Positions 36,473 to 36,473 of a DNA stretch of 36,473 bases are shown piece after piece. A program made the position numbers and the translations under genes. The stretch is from assembly GCA_041486205.1 (NCBI GenBank), contig JBGPKY010000003.1, forward strand, positions 1 to 36,473, in the 5' to 3' direction. This DNA is from Actinomycetota bacterium (GTDB taxonomy: Bacteria; Actinomycetota; UBA4738; HRBIN12). The notes under the pieces are model-generated. The model did no database searches. It was not told the DNA's origin and saw only the letters and a program-made list of their open reading frames with translations. Each line of letters starts with the position of its first letter. Position 1 is the first letter of the stretch.

Positions 36473-36473
36473 C

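Noticed and set aside
1-36473. CRISPR array, rRNA or defence system
   Set aside because: No regularly spaced repeats, cas genes, rRNA motifs or defence-type domains were recognised.

Overview
High-GC bacterial window, most consistent with a deep-branching Actinomycetota lineage (inferred from DosR-like boxes, apparently leaderless genes, CCA-less tRNAs and a large Alu-containing SRP RNA). Four blocks. (1) 925-14155: pncB divergent from a group 3b (sulfhydrogenase-type, NAD(P)-linked) [NiFe]-hydrogenase operon. The operon continues with a maturation protease, an unexpected Tat-exported 4x[4Fe-4S] HybA-like protein plus an NrfD/HybB-like membrane subunit, and hypFCDE. DosR/DevR-type GGGAC-N4-GGCCC boxes precede each transcription unit. 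(2) 14217-16776: agmatinase-family ureohydrolase, zinicin, tadA, a cNMP-binding protein and two tRNA-Ser genes. (3) 16781-33001: accessory block between tRNA-Ser(GGA) and ffs. It holds a divergent putative catabolic cluster (peptide ABC importer, class III aminotransferase and FGGY kinase on one side; threonine-aldolase-like enzyme, M17 peptidase, HAD phosphatase and GNAT on the other) and an OmpR/HK pair with a visible three-site direct-repeat regulon covering two uncharacterised secreted proteins. (4) 33103-36473: large SRP RNA, dnaX, recR and a partial DUF4349 gene. No CRISPR array, transposase or integrase was seen. All calls come from reading motifs by eye; no database searches were run.
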